A stretch of 64,000 nucleotides of DNA from Candidatus Multivoradales bacterium (GTDB lineage Bacteria > Acidobacteriota > Thermoanaerobaculia > Multivoradales > Multivoraceae), in NCBI GenBank assembly GCA_965223325.1, contig CBDCWI010000001.1, forward strand, positions 352,001 to 416,000, written 5' to 3'. Position 1 is the stretch's first letter. Every line of letters begins with the position of its first letter. Of this stretch, positions 39,718-49,383 are shown one piece after another. Made by a program: the position numbers and the translations under genes. The notes under the pieces are model-generated. The model searched no databases. It worked only from the letters and a program-made list of their open reading frames with translations, and was not told the DNA's origin.

Positions 39718-40841
39718 GAGGTCTTCTGGCAACTCGGGACGCCCGGGCGCCAGTCGTTCTCCTTCTGCTTTCCGGCCTCCTGATCGCAGGCTGTCGCCAG
39801 CGAACCGAGAGCGACGAGAAGGCGACTGCCAATCAGGCGACGACTGCTTCTCATGCAGACCTGATCGAGGCGGGACACGCGGCGCTCGCGCAGCGCACTC
39901 GCGCTGCTCTGTTCGAAAGCCTCGAACTCTTCGACGCCGCCCTTCTTGCCTCTCCCGATGCGACGTCGGCCCTCGCCGGGCGCTCGATCGCTTCGTCCCT
40001 TCTGGCGCTCTACGACGCAGTCCCTCCACGACCGGCGCTCGAACGCGCTCTGGCCGACGCGGAGGCTGCCGTTCGCCTGGATCGAGGCGACGCGCTCGCC
40101 GAGGCCAGTCTCGGTCTAGCGCTCTACCTCGGGCCCCATCGGTACCCGGAGGCGCAGAGCGCTCTAGAGCGCGCCATCGAACTGAACCCGAACGATCCGA
40201 GTGCCTATCACTGGCTGGCGATGTTGCTGTCGGCGACCGGGCAGCACAGCGAAGCGATCCCCAACATTGTGAAGGCACGCGAACTCGCTCCGTCGTCGCT
40301 GCTCTACAACACCAAGGTCGCCACCCTGAAGGCGGCAGCCGGTGACCTCAAAGGAGCCGAAGAAGCCCTCGCCGCTTGCCAGGAGGCGCTCGGTGATAGT
40401 GCCCTCTGGCAGCGCGAGGCTGGTTGGCTGGCGGTGCGAAACGGCGACCTGGAGAGAGCTCGCAGACACTTCGAAGGGGCTCTCGAAACAGCCCCACACA
40501 ACGACGGCATCCGGGCGGCGGCGGCTTTCGCAGCAGCCAGGTCCGGCGACGTCGAAACGGCCCGAGCGGCGCTCGAGGTTCTTTTGGCACCGCTCGACGA
40601 CGACGCTTCAATGGTTCGCTCCAAGGTTCCCGAGGCCATCGTTCTCGCCGGGCTGGCAGATCGCGAGGGTGCTCTCCGAGCGCTTGACCAGGCGCTCGCC
40701 GTTGGGGATCCGGGGCTGATCTACATCGAGTCGCAACCCGCCTTCGAGTCCATCCGGGGCGAGCCAGACTTCCGTGAGATCGTGAGGAGCCTGGGACTTC
40801 CCGAAACACTTGAGCAAGACGGAGCGGCCAGGCGGGGCTGA
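39714..40841 (+). CDS. TPR-repeat lipoprotein
   Basis: Lipobox-like LIAGC; ALERAIELNPND-type TPRs; C-terminal PAFESIRGEPDF. Confidence 0.75.
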   Translation: MRGLLATRDARAPVVLLLLSGLLIAGCRQRTESDEKATANQATTASHADLIEAGHAALAQRTRAALFESLELFDAALLASPDATSALAGRSIASSLLALYDAVPPRPALERALADAEAAVRLDRGDALAEASLGLALYLGPHRYPEAQSALERAIELNPNDPSAYHWLAMLLSATGQHSEAIPNIVKARELAPSSLLYNTKVATLKAAAGDLKGAEEALAACQEALGDSALWQREAGWLAVRNGDLERARRHFEGALETAPHNDGIRAAAAFAAARSGDVETARAALEVLLAPLDDDASMVRSKVPEAIVLAGLADREGALRALDQALAVGDPGLIYIESQPAFESIRGEPDFREIVRSLGLPETLEQDGAARRG

Positions 40842-40862
40842 GCGACGAGGCAGCTACGGTGT

Positions 40863-41858
40863 TCAGGCGCTGACCGGGTTCGCGAACCCGAGACACCCGT
40901 TCTCCTCGATGTGCTCACCGGTGGCGAAGACGCGGAATTCGCCGTCTTCGTCGAGGGTGATCGCGCGCTGGCGATAGCAACGGGCGGTCGAGAAGTGGAC
41001 AACGAAGCTCTTGCGCGAGAGGGCCGCATTGCGCGGCGGCGATCCACCATGCAAGAGCGAGTGGTGCCACAAGAGAACCTCACCGCGTTTCGCCAGATAG
41101 GGAGTTGCCTCGAGCCCGGCAGCGGCACAGTGCTCGCGGTCCCAGGCCATTGCGGCCTCCGCCTCGTCTGCCCCCATGCGCAGGGGGTCGAACATGAACT
41201 GCCCCGGTGCGAACTCGTAGTACGGCAGACGGTGTGAACCCGGAACCACCATCAGGGGACCGCAGTCTGGATGAATGTCCTCGAGGGCGAACCAGGCGGC
41301 CAGGAGGTGACTGGCCGGTGCCGTCGGCACCACCACCGGATCGCGGTGCATTGCCTGCTGACTACCGTACTCGAAGAACAGTGACTGAATCGCCACAGCC
41401 GGCTCGCGGTAGATCTCTTCGATGACCCGAAACACTCGCCGGTCGAGGTAGAGCGCGCGCGCACAACGCCCCCTTCCGTGCAGGTCGTGAATGCGGTACT
41501 TCGGCCTGCGATCGCGTTCGGGATCGGCCGAAGTCATCCGCCGCGCTGGGCCGTCGAAGGCGTAGGCCAGATCGCGGGGCAGCGTCGCCCAGGCTTCGTC
41601 GGCCTCGGCGATCACCCCTTCGAACAGCGCTCGCTGCTCGGGCAGAGCAGGAAGCACCAGGTAGCCCTGCTCGACGAAGTGCGCCAGCGATTCGGCCAGC
41701 CAGGGCTCGAGGTCATCCTGAGCGCGGCGCGCGGCAATCAGGTCGAGAGCGTCCGGCCGATCGACCCACAGCTTGCTGTAGAGGAAGACGTCGCTTCCGC
41801 GGCGTTCGAGTTGCTGCGCCTGGGAGGGGCCTTCCCGGCTGGGGTCGGTGCTCATCAC
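40863..41858 (-). CDS. PhyH-family Fe(II)/2-oxoglutarate dioxygenase
   Basis: QQAMHRD, AAWFALED, VVPGSH, LLHGG, SRKS. Confidence 0.88.
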   Translation of the reverse strand: MMSTDPSREGPSQAQQLERRGSDVFLYSKLWVDRPDALDLIAARRAQDDLEPWLAESLAHFVEQGYLVLPALPEQRALFEGVIAEADEAWATLPRDLAYAFDGPARRMTSADPERDRRPKYRIHDLHGRGRCARALYLDRRVFRVIEEIYREPAVAIQSLFFEYGSQQAMHRDPVVVPTAPASHLLAAWFALEDIHPDCGPLMVVPGSHRLPYYEFAPGQFMFDPLRMGADEAEAAMAWDREHCAAAGLEATPYLAKRGEVLLWHHSLLHGGSPPRNAALSRKSFVVHFSTARCYRQRAITLDEDGEFRVFATGEHIEENGCLGFANPVSA

Positions 41859-42026
41859 CCCTTACTTCATCACGAGCGGGCCCACCGCACGAGGGTCGCA
41901 GCGCGCAGAATCAACGACATCGGCAGATCTCGGGGAAGTACATCTGCAGGACTGATCTGTCCTAGGAATGAACAGCAATGACTTGCGACGAACGAATCTG
42001 ACGGGATTCGGGCGCCTTCTAGCGTC

Positions 42027-42042
42027 TGGCACTGCTCTTGCG
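42027..42042 (+). promoter_or_regulatory. Sigma54 (-24/-12) promoter
   Basis: TGGCAC-TGCTC-TTGC exact consensus spacing, about 54 bp upstream of ATG 42096. Confidence 0.65.
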
Positions 42043-42095
42043 AAGCATGCGCCCAGTAGAAAGACGTCCAATGTCTCTTTCCTCCTCTACCTATC

Positions 42096-43058
42096 ATGGA
42101 GCAACACATGGTCTCCCTCGGCCTTCCTGCCGCCATCGTCCCCGCCGACCACCCACCCAGCACCTACCTCCCGACGGCACCCACCGCCGAGGCGGAGTAC
42201 CCCGCTGATCCGCGCTACGAAGGCTTGCGCCAGCCACTGCCGCTTCTCCACCCGGCCCGTCTATGGTGGTCGACTCTCGCGGCCGGGTTGCGGCTTGCCG
42301 GCCATTTCTCCGACGGCATTCGCACCGGCTGGACTCATGGCTTCGATTCGGGCGCCTCGCTCGACCACGTCTACCGCAACACCGCAAGCGGGCGCGGGGC
42401 GCTCGGCCGCACCATCGATCGCTGGTACCTCGAGAGCCCGGGCTGGTGCGGCATTCGCTGGCGTCGCCAGACTCTCGAAACGATGCTCGACCGGGCCATC
42501 GTCGAACTCGGAAACGAACGGGACCCGGTGCATCTCTTCGATCCGGCATCGGGACCCGGTCGCTATCTCGTCGAAACTCTGCGCCGCCACCCGAAGCGCA
42601 ATCTCACCGCGGTCGCCAGTGACCGCGACGCAGAGGGTCTCGCCGCCGGCCGCGAGCTGGCGCGCGCCGAGGCGGTCAGCGATCGGCTCCGGTTCGAACA
42701 AGGCGATGCATTCGATGCCGGCCGCCTCAGTCGACTGGACCCGAAGCCTGACATCGCAGTCGTCTCAGGCCTGTTCGAATTGTTCCCCGACAACCGACCG
42801 GTCCGCAGAACACTCTTCGGGCTGGCCAGTGCCATGACTCCCGGGTCGATCCTGCTCTACACCAACCAGCCGAGTCATCCGCAGCAGGCGCTCATCGCGC
42901 GGGTGCTCCCCAACCGGGACGGCGAACCCTGGGTCATGCGCTGCCGCTCGCAGCAGGAGATGGACGAGCTGGTCGCCGGCGCGGGCTTTGAACCCGAAAT
43001 AACCCTCACCGATCCCCGCTCTATCTTCACCGTGTCATTGGCGCGGCGCGCAGCCTGA
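42096..43058 (+). CDS. Class I SAM-dependent methyltransferase (YnbC C-terminal-like, stand-alone)
   Basis: GFDSGASLDHVYRN, GWCGIRWR, ASGPGRY, VSGLFELF, YTNQPSHPQ, WVMRCRSQQEMD. Confidence 0.8.
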   Translation: MEQHMVSLGLPAAIVPADHPPSTYLPTAPTAEAEYPADPRYEGLRQPLPLLHPARLWWSTLAAGLRLAGHFSDGIRTGWTHGFDSGASLDHVYRNTASGRGALGRTIDRWYLESPGWCGIRWRRQTLETMLDRAIVELGNERDPVHLFDPASGPGRYLVETLRRHPKRNLTAVASDRDAEGLAAGRELARAEAVSDRLRFEQGDAFDAGRLSRLDPKPDIAVVSGLFELFPDNRPVRRTLFGLASAMTPGSILLYTNQPSHPQQALIARVLPNRDGEPWVMRCRSQQEMDELVAGAGFEPEITLTDPRSIFTVSLARRAA

Positions 43059-43167
43059 TTCTCGAAGAAGGCAAGAAAGAGTTCCGGTTGCAGCAGGCGG
43101 AGTGTAGAATTACTAGTTAATAACCGGGAGTCCCGGCCGATCCGCGCATCCTCTGGACACCCTCGAA

Positions 43168-43953
43168 GTGATGAAGAACAACCCCCAACAGCCCGCGATC
43201 CACCCGGCGGCTCCCACCCTGCCACCGGCGCAGCCGGCACCCAGCACTGCCGACCGCGGCAGCGCCTCGGCTGACCGTGGGCGTGAGGGTCAAAAGACCG
43301 GCAACCGTCGACCGATTGCAGGGTTGTTCCGGCTCACCGCTCGATCGGCAACGACCTGGTCGCTGCGGCGCGGTATCGACCCGAACCTGATCTCACTCGC
43401 CTCGATCGGGGCGACCGCTCTGTCAGCGCTCTTCTACCTGCTCTCCTGGCGCGCCCCGGTGCTTCTTCTGCTAGCGCCGCTGCCGAGCTTTGTGCGTTTG
43501 TGGTTCAACATGCTCGACGGCATGGTGGCGGTCGAAGGCGGCACCGCCAGCCCGGAAGGCGAGATCTGGAATGAGCTGCCGGATCGCATCTCCGACTTCA
43601 TGCTCTTTGGAGCGGTGGCGCTCTCGGGAATCGCGCAGCCGACCCTCGCTTGGATCTGCGGCGGGGCCGCGCTCCTGGTCGCCTACGTCGGCACCCTGGG
43701 GAAAGCAGTCGGTGCGGGTCGCCAGTTCGACGGCTGGATGTCGAAGCCTTGGCGCGTCGTCGCCCTGGCGCTCGGCACGTGGGCCTACTGGTGGGTACAC
43801 CACACCATTGGTGGCGAGGCTTTCTGGAACGACACGGTCGGGCTGGAGAACTTCTGGCGCTACGGCCCGCTCGACCTCATGCTGGTGGTGATTCTGATTG
43901 GCTGCATCCACAGCATCGCAATCCGCCTTCGGAAGATGCACGACGCTCTCTGA
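43168..43953 (+). CDS. CDP-alcohol phosphatidyltransferase (YnbA-like)
   Basis: NMLDGMVA...G...NELPDRISD variant motif; TM helices; start 43168 or 43171. Confidence 0.85.
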   Translation: MMKNNPQQPAIHPAAPTLPPAQPAPSTADRGSASADRGREGQKTGNRRPIAGLFRLTARSATTWSLRRGIDPNLISLASIGATALSALFYLLSWRAPVLLLLAPLPSFVRLWFNMLDGMVAVEGGTASPEGEIWNELPDRISDFMLFGAVALSGIAQPTLAWICGGAALLVAYVGTLGKAVGAGRQFDGWMSKPWRVVALALGTWAYWWVHHTIGGEAFWNDTVGLENFWRYGPLDLMLVVILIGCIHSIAIRLRKMHDAL

Positions 43954-43971
43954 GAACTCGGTGAGAACTCG

Positions 43972-44967
43972 ATGAGGACCGCGAAGGGTACCTTGATGCT
44001 CGAAGACCTACTCCTCAAAGCACCATTCGACCCGGTGCCGGGTGATCCCGCAACGCTGGCGTTCTACATTGCGGCGCTCACTGGCGCCCTCGTGGTCGTC
44101 GGGCTGCTCTTGTCTGTCCTGAGGTTTGGCTTCGGCAAGAAGCTCGCCGGAGTCTGGAAGACCTACGGCGGTTGGTGGCGCATCCTGCCGCTGGTTCTGG
44201 GCGCGCTCGTGCTCGGACGGGTGGCGGTGATCGTCGGCGCCCTCATCGTCGCCCTCATGGCGTTCAAGGAATACGCGCGCGCCACCGGCCTCTACCGAGA
44301 CTGGCCGGTGGTGATCGCCGTCTATCTCGCCATGCTGGCTCTCGGGGTCGTGACCCTGGTGCCTGACCCACGGCTTGCGAACAACGGTTGGTACGGCATG
44401 TACATGGCGTTGCCGGTGTTCGCCATCGCCGGCCTGTTTCTTCTTCCTATCGCGCGCGACCGCGCGCGTGGCCAGCTACAGAGCACTGCCCTCGCGGTTC
44501 TCGGTTTCGTCTACATCGGCTGGATGTTCCTCCACCTCGGCTTCCTGACCAACCTGCCACGCTCGCTCCCCTACCTCTTGTATTTGATCGTGGCGGTGCA
44601 ACTCAACGACATCGCAGCCTTCACCTTCGGCAAGCTGTTCGGGAAGCGGCGCCTGCGGAAGAACATCTCGCCCAACAAGACCTGGACCGGCGCAGCCGGC
44701 GCGCTCGCCGTTTCGATGGTGATGCCCTGGGCCTTCCATTTCACGTTCCCGTGGTTTGGCACCACCGAGTTGATTCTCACCGGTTTGATCGTCGGTCTCG
44801 GCGGCCAGCTCGGAGATCTGACGATGAGCTGGGTCAAGCGTGACCTCGACATCAAGGACATGGGCTCCTTGATTCCCGGCCACGGCGGCATGCTCGATCG
44901 CATCGACAGTCTCATCTACACCGCACCGTTGTTCTTTCACATGGTGCGCTGGTACCACGGCGTCTGA
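43972..44967 (+). CDS. Phosphatidate cytidylyltransferase (YnbB/CdsA family)
   Basis: QLNDIAAF.FGK, ISPNKTW.G, KRDLDIKDMG.LIPGHGGMLDRIDS. Confidence 0.9.
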   Translation: MRTAKGTLMLEDLLLKAPFDPVPGDPATLAFYIAALTGALVVVGLLLSVLRFGFGKKLAGVWKTYGGWWRILPLVLGALVLGRVAVIVGALIVALMAFKEYARATGLYRDWPVVIAVYLAMLALGVVTLVPDPRLANNGWYGMYMALPVFAIAGLFLLPIARDRARGQLQSTALAVLGFVYIGWMFLHLGFLTNLPRSLPYLLYLIVAVQLNDIAAFTFGKLFGKRRLRKNISPNKTWTGAAGALAVSMVMPWAFHFTFPWFGTTELILTGLIVGLGGQLGDLTMSWVKRDLDIKDMGSLIPGHGGMLDRIDSLIYTAPLFFHMVRWYHGV

Positions 44968-44971
44968 AGCG

Positions 44972-45709
44972 ATGAAGAGCTGGCGCTATGACACGGCGCG
45001 CGACCTCGACGACTCTCCCGTCGAGCGCCTGCGCAGGTTCCCGCGCGAACCAGACATGACGGTGCACAGTCTGCGGCTGGCATCGGCCTTCCTGATGCGC
45101 GCCTGGCTGCGCGTGATCCACCGTTTCCACGTGGTCGGCCGCGAACATCTCCCGGGTGCCGAACGCTCGTTCGTGATGGTCGCCAACCACTCCAGCCACT
45201 TCGACGCTCTATGCCTCCTGGCGACCCTCCCACTATCGCGCGTCCATCGCTCTCATCCAGCGGCCGCCCACGACTACTTCTTCGAGGACGATCTGCCGAC
45301 CGTAGCCGCTGGAGTGGTGGTCAACGCACTGCCCTTCGACCGGCTCAAGGACTCCGAAGCGTCGCTCGACCGCTGCCGCGCGCTGCTCGGTGAGCCCGGC
45401 AACGTTCTGATTCTGTTCCCTGAAGGCAGCCGCATTCCGGACCGCGAGATCTCACGTTTTCGCACCGGCATCGGACGGCTGGTGGCCGGAACAGACATTC
45501 CGGTCGTGCCCTGCTGGCTCGAAGGCCCCTGGCGAGCGTTTCCGAAAGGAGTGGCCATCCCACGCCCCCACCGCCTCGAGGCACGCCTGGGCAGCGCGCG
45601 TACCTTTCCCGAGGTCGCCTGTCTGAAGAGTGGCTGGATTGAAGTTTCCAACGCCCTCGAGGCCGATGTACGCAGCCTCGGCGGCCTCGCACCACGCCCA
45701 GACGCCTGA
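44972..45709 (+). CDS. Lysophospholipid acyltransferase (PlsC family)
   Basis: NHSSHFD, AAHDYFF, FPEGSR. Confidence 0.9.
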   Translation: MKSWRYDTARDLDDSPVERLRRFPREPDMTVHSLRLASAFLMRAWLRVIHRFHVVGREHLPGAERSFVMVANHSSHFDALCLLATLPLSRVHRSHPAAAHDYFFEDDLPTVAAGVVVNALPFDRLKDSEASLDRCRALLGEPGNVLILFPEGSRIPDREISRFRTGIGRLVAGTDIPVVPCWLEGPWRAFPKGVAIPRPHRLEARLGSARTFPEVACLKSGWIEVSNALEADVRSLGGLAPRPDA

Positions 45710-46039
45710 GCGCGGACGCGACGACGACAAACCGGTCTGCCTTCCCGAAGAGTTCCCTTCCGAGCTCCCCTCGGCGGCCCACGAATCGCTTCCTGAAGCG
45801 GCTGGCGGAGACCTCTCGGTGATCGCCGAGGAGGCGCAATCGAAGGCCAAACGGCTGATACGATCGTCGACACGCGCTGTCACGTCTAGCTCCACATCTC
45901 GACCGAGAACGGGCCACCGCCGGGCCTTCTCAGGTGAGACTTCGCTCTTTCCAGAGGGCGCTATCGCCTCCGGAGAGAGGAACAGCAAACGTCGGGAGTT
46001 CGCCTCGAGAGCGCGTTTGACTCCAGGAGATTCCACCCC

Positions 46040-48178
46040 GTGCGCACGTTTCTATCGATCAAGATCGCTCGAGTCCTCCCCGGAGCAGCCAGCCTGCTGC
46101 TGCTTCTCACCCCCCTCGCACCCGGTGCGGCATTGGCGCAAGACGAGGAGCCACGCAAAGAGCAGGGAATCGCCGCTGGCTCCTCGGCCGAGACCGAGGA
46201 GCCGGTCGCGCTGCCGGCTGACGCGGTGCTCGTCGTCGAACCCCTCGAACTCACCCTCGAGGTCGGCGAAACGGCGCAACTGACCGCGACCATCGAAGAT
46301 GAGGACGGCCAGGAGATCACCGGCCACCGGGTGGTCTTTTTCTCCCGCAACCGACGCGCCGTGGGGATCAACGCCACCGGTCGACTGGAGGCACACGGCC
46401 CGGGTGAAATCACGGTCATCGCGCTGGTCCCCAAAGACCCCGAAGACCGGCCACGGCGCGCCGACGCTCTCCTGCGGCAGGAGATCACCGTCACCGTGCC
46501 CAACCCGCCGGTCGACACCGTCGAGATCACCGGGCTACCGAAATCGCTCTATGCCGGCACCAGCCTACGCCTCCGCTCGATTGTCACCGACATCACCGAT
46601 GTGGTCCGCGACGACGTCACCGTCAGCTACGCGGCCTCGGCTCCTCGTGTCGCCACCGCCGACGAATTCGGTTTTCTCAACCTCGTTACACCCGGTACTT
46701 TCGAACTCACCGCCAGTGCCGAGGGGCGTACCCATACCGTCGAGCTCGAGGTCGAGGAGAACCCCGTGGTTGGTTTCGAAGTCGAAGCCGACGCCAGCGA
46801 GGTGCGCACCGGCGACGTGGTCTGGGTCGAGGCGCGGGGCCTCGATGCGCGAGGCAAGGCGGTGGCCGATCTCCCGATTCGCTATTCGGTGAGCGGCGAA
46901 ACCGATCACCGCATTATCGCCGCCGGGGCCGGCGCGTTCATCGAACAAGATGGCGCCTTTGTCGCCGAGCGCTCGGGGACCTACACCGTCGTCGCCTCGG
47001 CCGGTGACCACACAGCCACCACCCGCATTCGCGTCACGCCGCGCCGCGTGGCCAAGAAGGTCGAGTTCGTCGGCCAGGGCCCGGTGCGCGACCGTCACAC
47101 CTCCGACCTCTGGGTTTGGGAGGGCACTGATGGTCGCGACTACGCGATCACCGGCACCTGGGGCGCGGAAGGACATGCCTACCTCTGGGACGTGACCAAC
47201 CCCGAGAACATCGCCCTCATCGACACGGTCAAGGTCGACGCCCGAACGGTCAACGACGTCAAGATCTCCGAGGACGGCAAGCTCGCGGTGATCAGCCGCG
47301 AAGGGGCTTCGAACCGCAAGAACGGGTTGGTCATCCTCGACGTCTCCGAACCCCAGGTCGGCGTGCGGATCCTGTCGCGCTTTGACGACCAACTGCGCGG
47401 CGGGGTGCACAACGTCTACATCGACCATAACCATGTCTACGCCCTTTCGAACGGACGCCGATTCGACGTCATCAATATCGAGGACCCGTCTGAGCCGTAC
47501 CGCGTCGGTCGCTTCGAGCTCGACACTCCGGGGCATTCGATCCACGATGTGTGGGTCAGCGAAGGGATCGCCTACACCTCCAACTGGGCCGACGGCGTGG
47601 TGGCGATCGACGTCGGCGGTGGCGACCAGGGTGGCGCTCCGAACAACCCGAAGAAGCTCGGTTCCTATGCCTATCCCAGCGGCTGGAACCATGCCGCCTA
47701 TCCCTACCGTTCACAGTCGACTGGCAAGTTCTACGTCTTCGCCGGCGATGAAGCGTTTCCCTACGGTTTGAGCGGCCAGCGAGAGGGCGAAGCCCCTCCA
47801 CGAGCCGACGGCTGGATCCACATCATCGAGTGGAACGACTGGAGCGAACCACGCGAAGTTGCGCGCTACCGTGTCCCGGAGGCCGGAACGCACAACCTGT
47901 GGATCGAAGACGACGTGCTCTACGTCGCCTACTACAACGGCGGTCTCCGTATGGTCGATGTCTCCGGCGAGCTGCGCGGCGACCTCTATCGCCAGGGTCG
48001 TGAGATTGGGCTCTTCGTGCCCAACGATCCCGAGAGCTTCATGCCCAACGCGCCTTTCGTCTGGGGGCCGCAGCCCCACAAAGATCACATCTTCTTCTCG
48101 GATTGGAACTCGGGCCTGTGGGCCGTCAAGCTGGTCGATCCAGAAGACCCGGAGCGCATCATCGGGGAACCGCAGTGA
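46040..48178 (+). CDS. Secreted Ig-like / LVIVD-repeat protein
   Basis: Signal peptide; Big-like beta domains; GLVILDVS, GVHNVY, HDVWV, GTHNLW, YYNGGLRMVDVS. Confidence 0.75.
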   Translation: MRTFLSIKIARVLPGAASLLLLLTPLAPGAALAQDEEPRKEQGIAAGSSAETEEPVALPADAVLVVEPLELTLEVGETAQLTATIEDEDGQEITGHRVVFFSRNRRAVGINATGRLEAHGPGEITVIALVPKDPEDRPRRADALLRQEITVTVPNPPVDTVEITGLPKSLYAGTSLRLRSIVTDITDVVRDDVTVSYAASAPRVATADEFGFLNLVTPGTFELTASAEGRTHTVELEVEENPVVGFEVEADASEVRTGDVVWVEARGLDARGKAVADLPIRYSVSGETDHRIIAAGAGAFIEQDGAFVAERSGTYTVVASAGDHTATTRIRVTPRRVAKKVEFVGQGPVRDRHTSDLWVWEGTDGRDYAITGTWGAEGHAYLWDVTNPENIALIDTVKVDARTVNDVKISEDGKLAVISREGASNRKNGLVILDVSEPQVGVRILSRFDDQLRGGVHNVYIDHNHVYALSNGRRFDVINIEDPSEPYRVGRFELDTPGHSIHDVWVSEGIAYTSNWADGVVAIDVGGGDQGGAPNNPKKLGSYAYPSGWNHAAYPYRSQSTGKFYVFAGDEAFPYGLSGQREGEAPPRADGWIHIIEWNDWSEPREVARYRVPEAGTHNLWIEDDVLYVAYYNGGLRMVDVSGELRGDLYRQGREIGLFVPNDPESFMPNAPFVWGPQPHKDHIFFSDWNSGLWAVKLVDPEDPERIIGEPQ

Positions 48179-49320
48179 CCAGCGCAAAGGTCACGCCCGG
48201 TCTCGCAGCCCTACTCGCTTCTGCGTGTTTACTCGCCGCTGCGGCGCCTGGAGGAGCTGAAGAACGCGCCGATCTACCGGGGCCGCAACGCAACTACTAC
48301 GCCTATGTCTGCGCCGAGTCCGAAGACACGGTGTCCCTGGTCCGCTTCGGGCCCGACGGAGCAGCGATCGAGAAGACCATCTCGGTGGGAGCGTTCCCGG
48401 CCGAGACCGAGGGGCCGCACGGCATCAATGTGGCCCCCGACGGTCGCTCCTGGTTCGTCTCGATCGCCCACGGTAACCCCTACGGCAGCATTCATCGCTA
48501 CACCACTGGCGACGACGAGTGGCAGGGAGACGCAAGGGTCGGCTTGTTTCCGGCGACGCTCGATGTCTCCGCCTCAACGGGTCTCCTCTACGTGGTCAAC
48601 TCGAACTTCTACGGTGACCACACTCCGAGCACCATCTCGGTCATCGAAACCTCCACCATGACCGAGGTCGAACAGATCGCGACCGGCACGATGCCCCATG
48701 GCGCGCGCCTGTCGCTCGATGGCAGCAAGCTCTACTCGGTCAACATGATGGACGACGAGCTGATCGAGGTCGACGCGCTCGCCTTCGAGATCGCGCGCCG
48801 GCTGCCACTCGGGCAAGTGGCGAAGGGCGCCGACACCCATGCCAATCATGGCAAGCACGCCGGCCACGCAATGAAGATGGCGATCGAGCCGTCCTGGGTC
48901 TCTCCTCCAACGGCCGACAGCCGCATCTGGGTGGCCGCCCTTTCGGGCAACCAGATCATCGAGGTCGATCTCGAGGCCTGGGAGGTTACCCGTCGCTTCG
49001 AGACGCCGAAGGGCCCCTACAACCTGGCAGTTTCTCCAGACGCCACCCTCCTCGTGGTCACCTACAAGAAGAGTGATGCGGTTGGCTTCTGGGACCTGGC
49101 GTCGGGCGACGAGGTCGCGCGGGTCGACACAACCCGCAGAATCCCACATGGCGTCGCGATCACTGCGGACGGCCGCTACAGCTTCGTCACGGTTGAAGGC
49201 GTCGGCGGCGAACCCGGCGCGGTGGAGATCTACGACAACCAGCACCATGCCCGAGTGGCGAGCGTCGATATCGGGAAGCAGGCCGGTGGCATCGCCATCT
49301 GGCAGGGCCCCGGAAGCTGA
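48175..49320 (+). CDS. Secreted YncE/YVTN beta-propeller protein
   Basis: GPHGINVAPDG, MPHG, IPHGVAITADG repeats; GTGA overlap. Confidence 0.8.
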   Translation: MTSAKVTPGLAALLASACLLAAAAPGGAEERADLPGPQRNYYAYVCAESEDTVSLVRFGPDGAAIEKTISVGAFPAETEGPHGINVAPDGRSWFVSIAHGNPYGSIHRYTTGDDEWQGDARVGLFPATLDVSASTGLLYVVNSNFYGDHTPSTISVIETSTMTEVEQIATGTMPHGARLSLDGSKLYSVNMMDDELIEVDALAFEIARRLPLGQVAKGADTHANHGKHAGHAMKMAIEPSWVSPPTADSRIWVAALSGNQIIEVDLEAWEVTRRFETPKGPYNLAVSPDATLLVVTYKKSDAVGFWDLASGDEVARVDTTRRIPHGVAITADGRYSFVTVEGVGGEPGAVEIYDNQHHARVASVDIGKQAGGIAIWQGPGS

Positions 49321-49383
49321 ACCTCGTTGCGCGCCAACGGCATGAACTGAGTACGGCCGTTCAGGGCCTCTCTCTCCGACCCG

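Noticed and set aside
43951-43972. TGAGAACTCG tandem duplication between lipid genes
   Set aside because: An 11-bp slippage duplication at a stop codon with no evident function.
45790-45945. Glycine riboswitch-like fragments (GGAGA...CGCCGAGGAGGCGCAA...TCTCAGG)
   Set aside because: Spacing is too long, no coherent P1 stem was found, and the downstream gene is unrelated to glycine; an Rfam scan would settle it.
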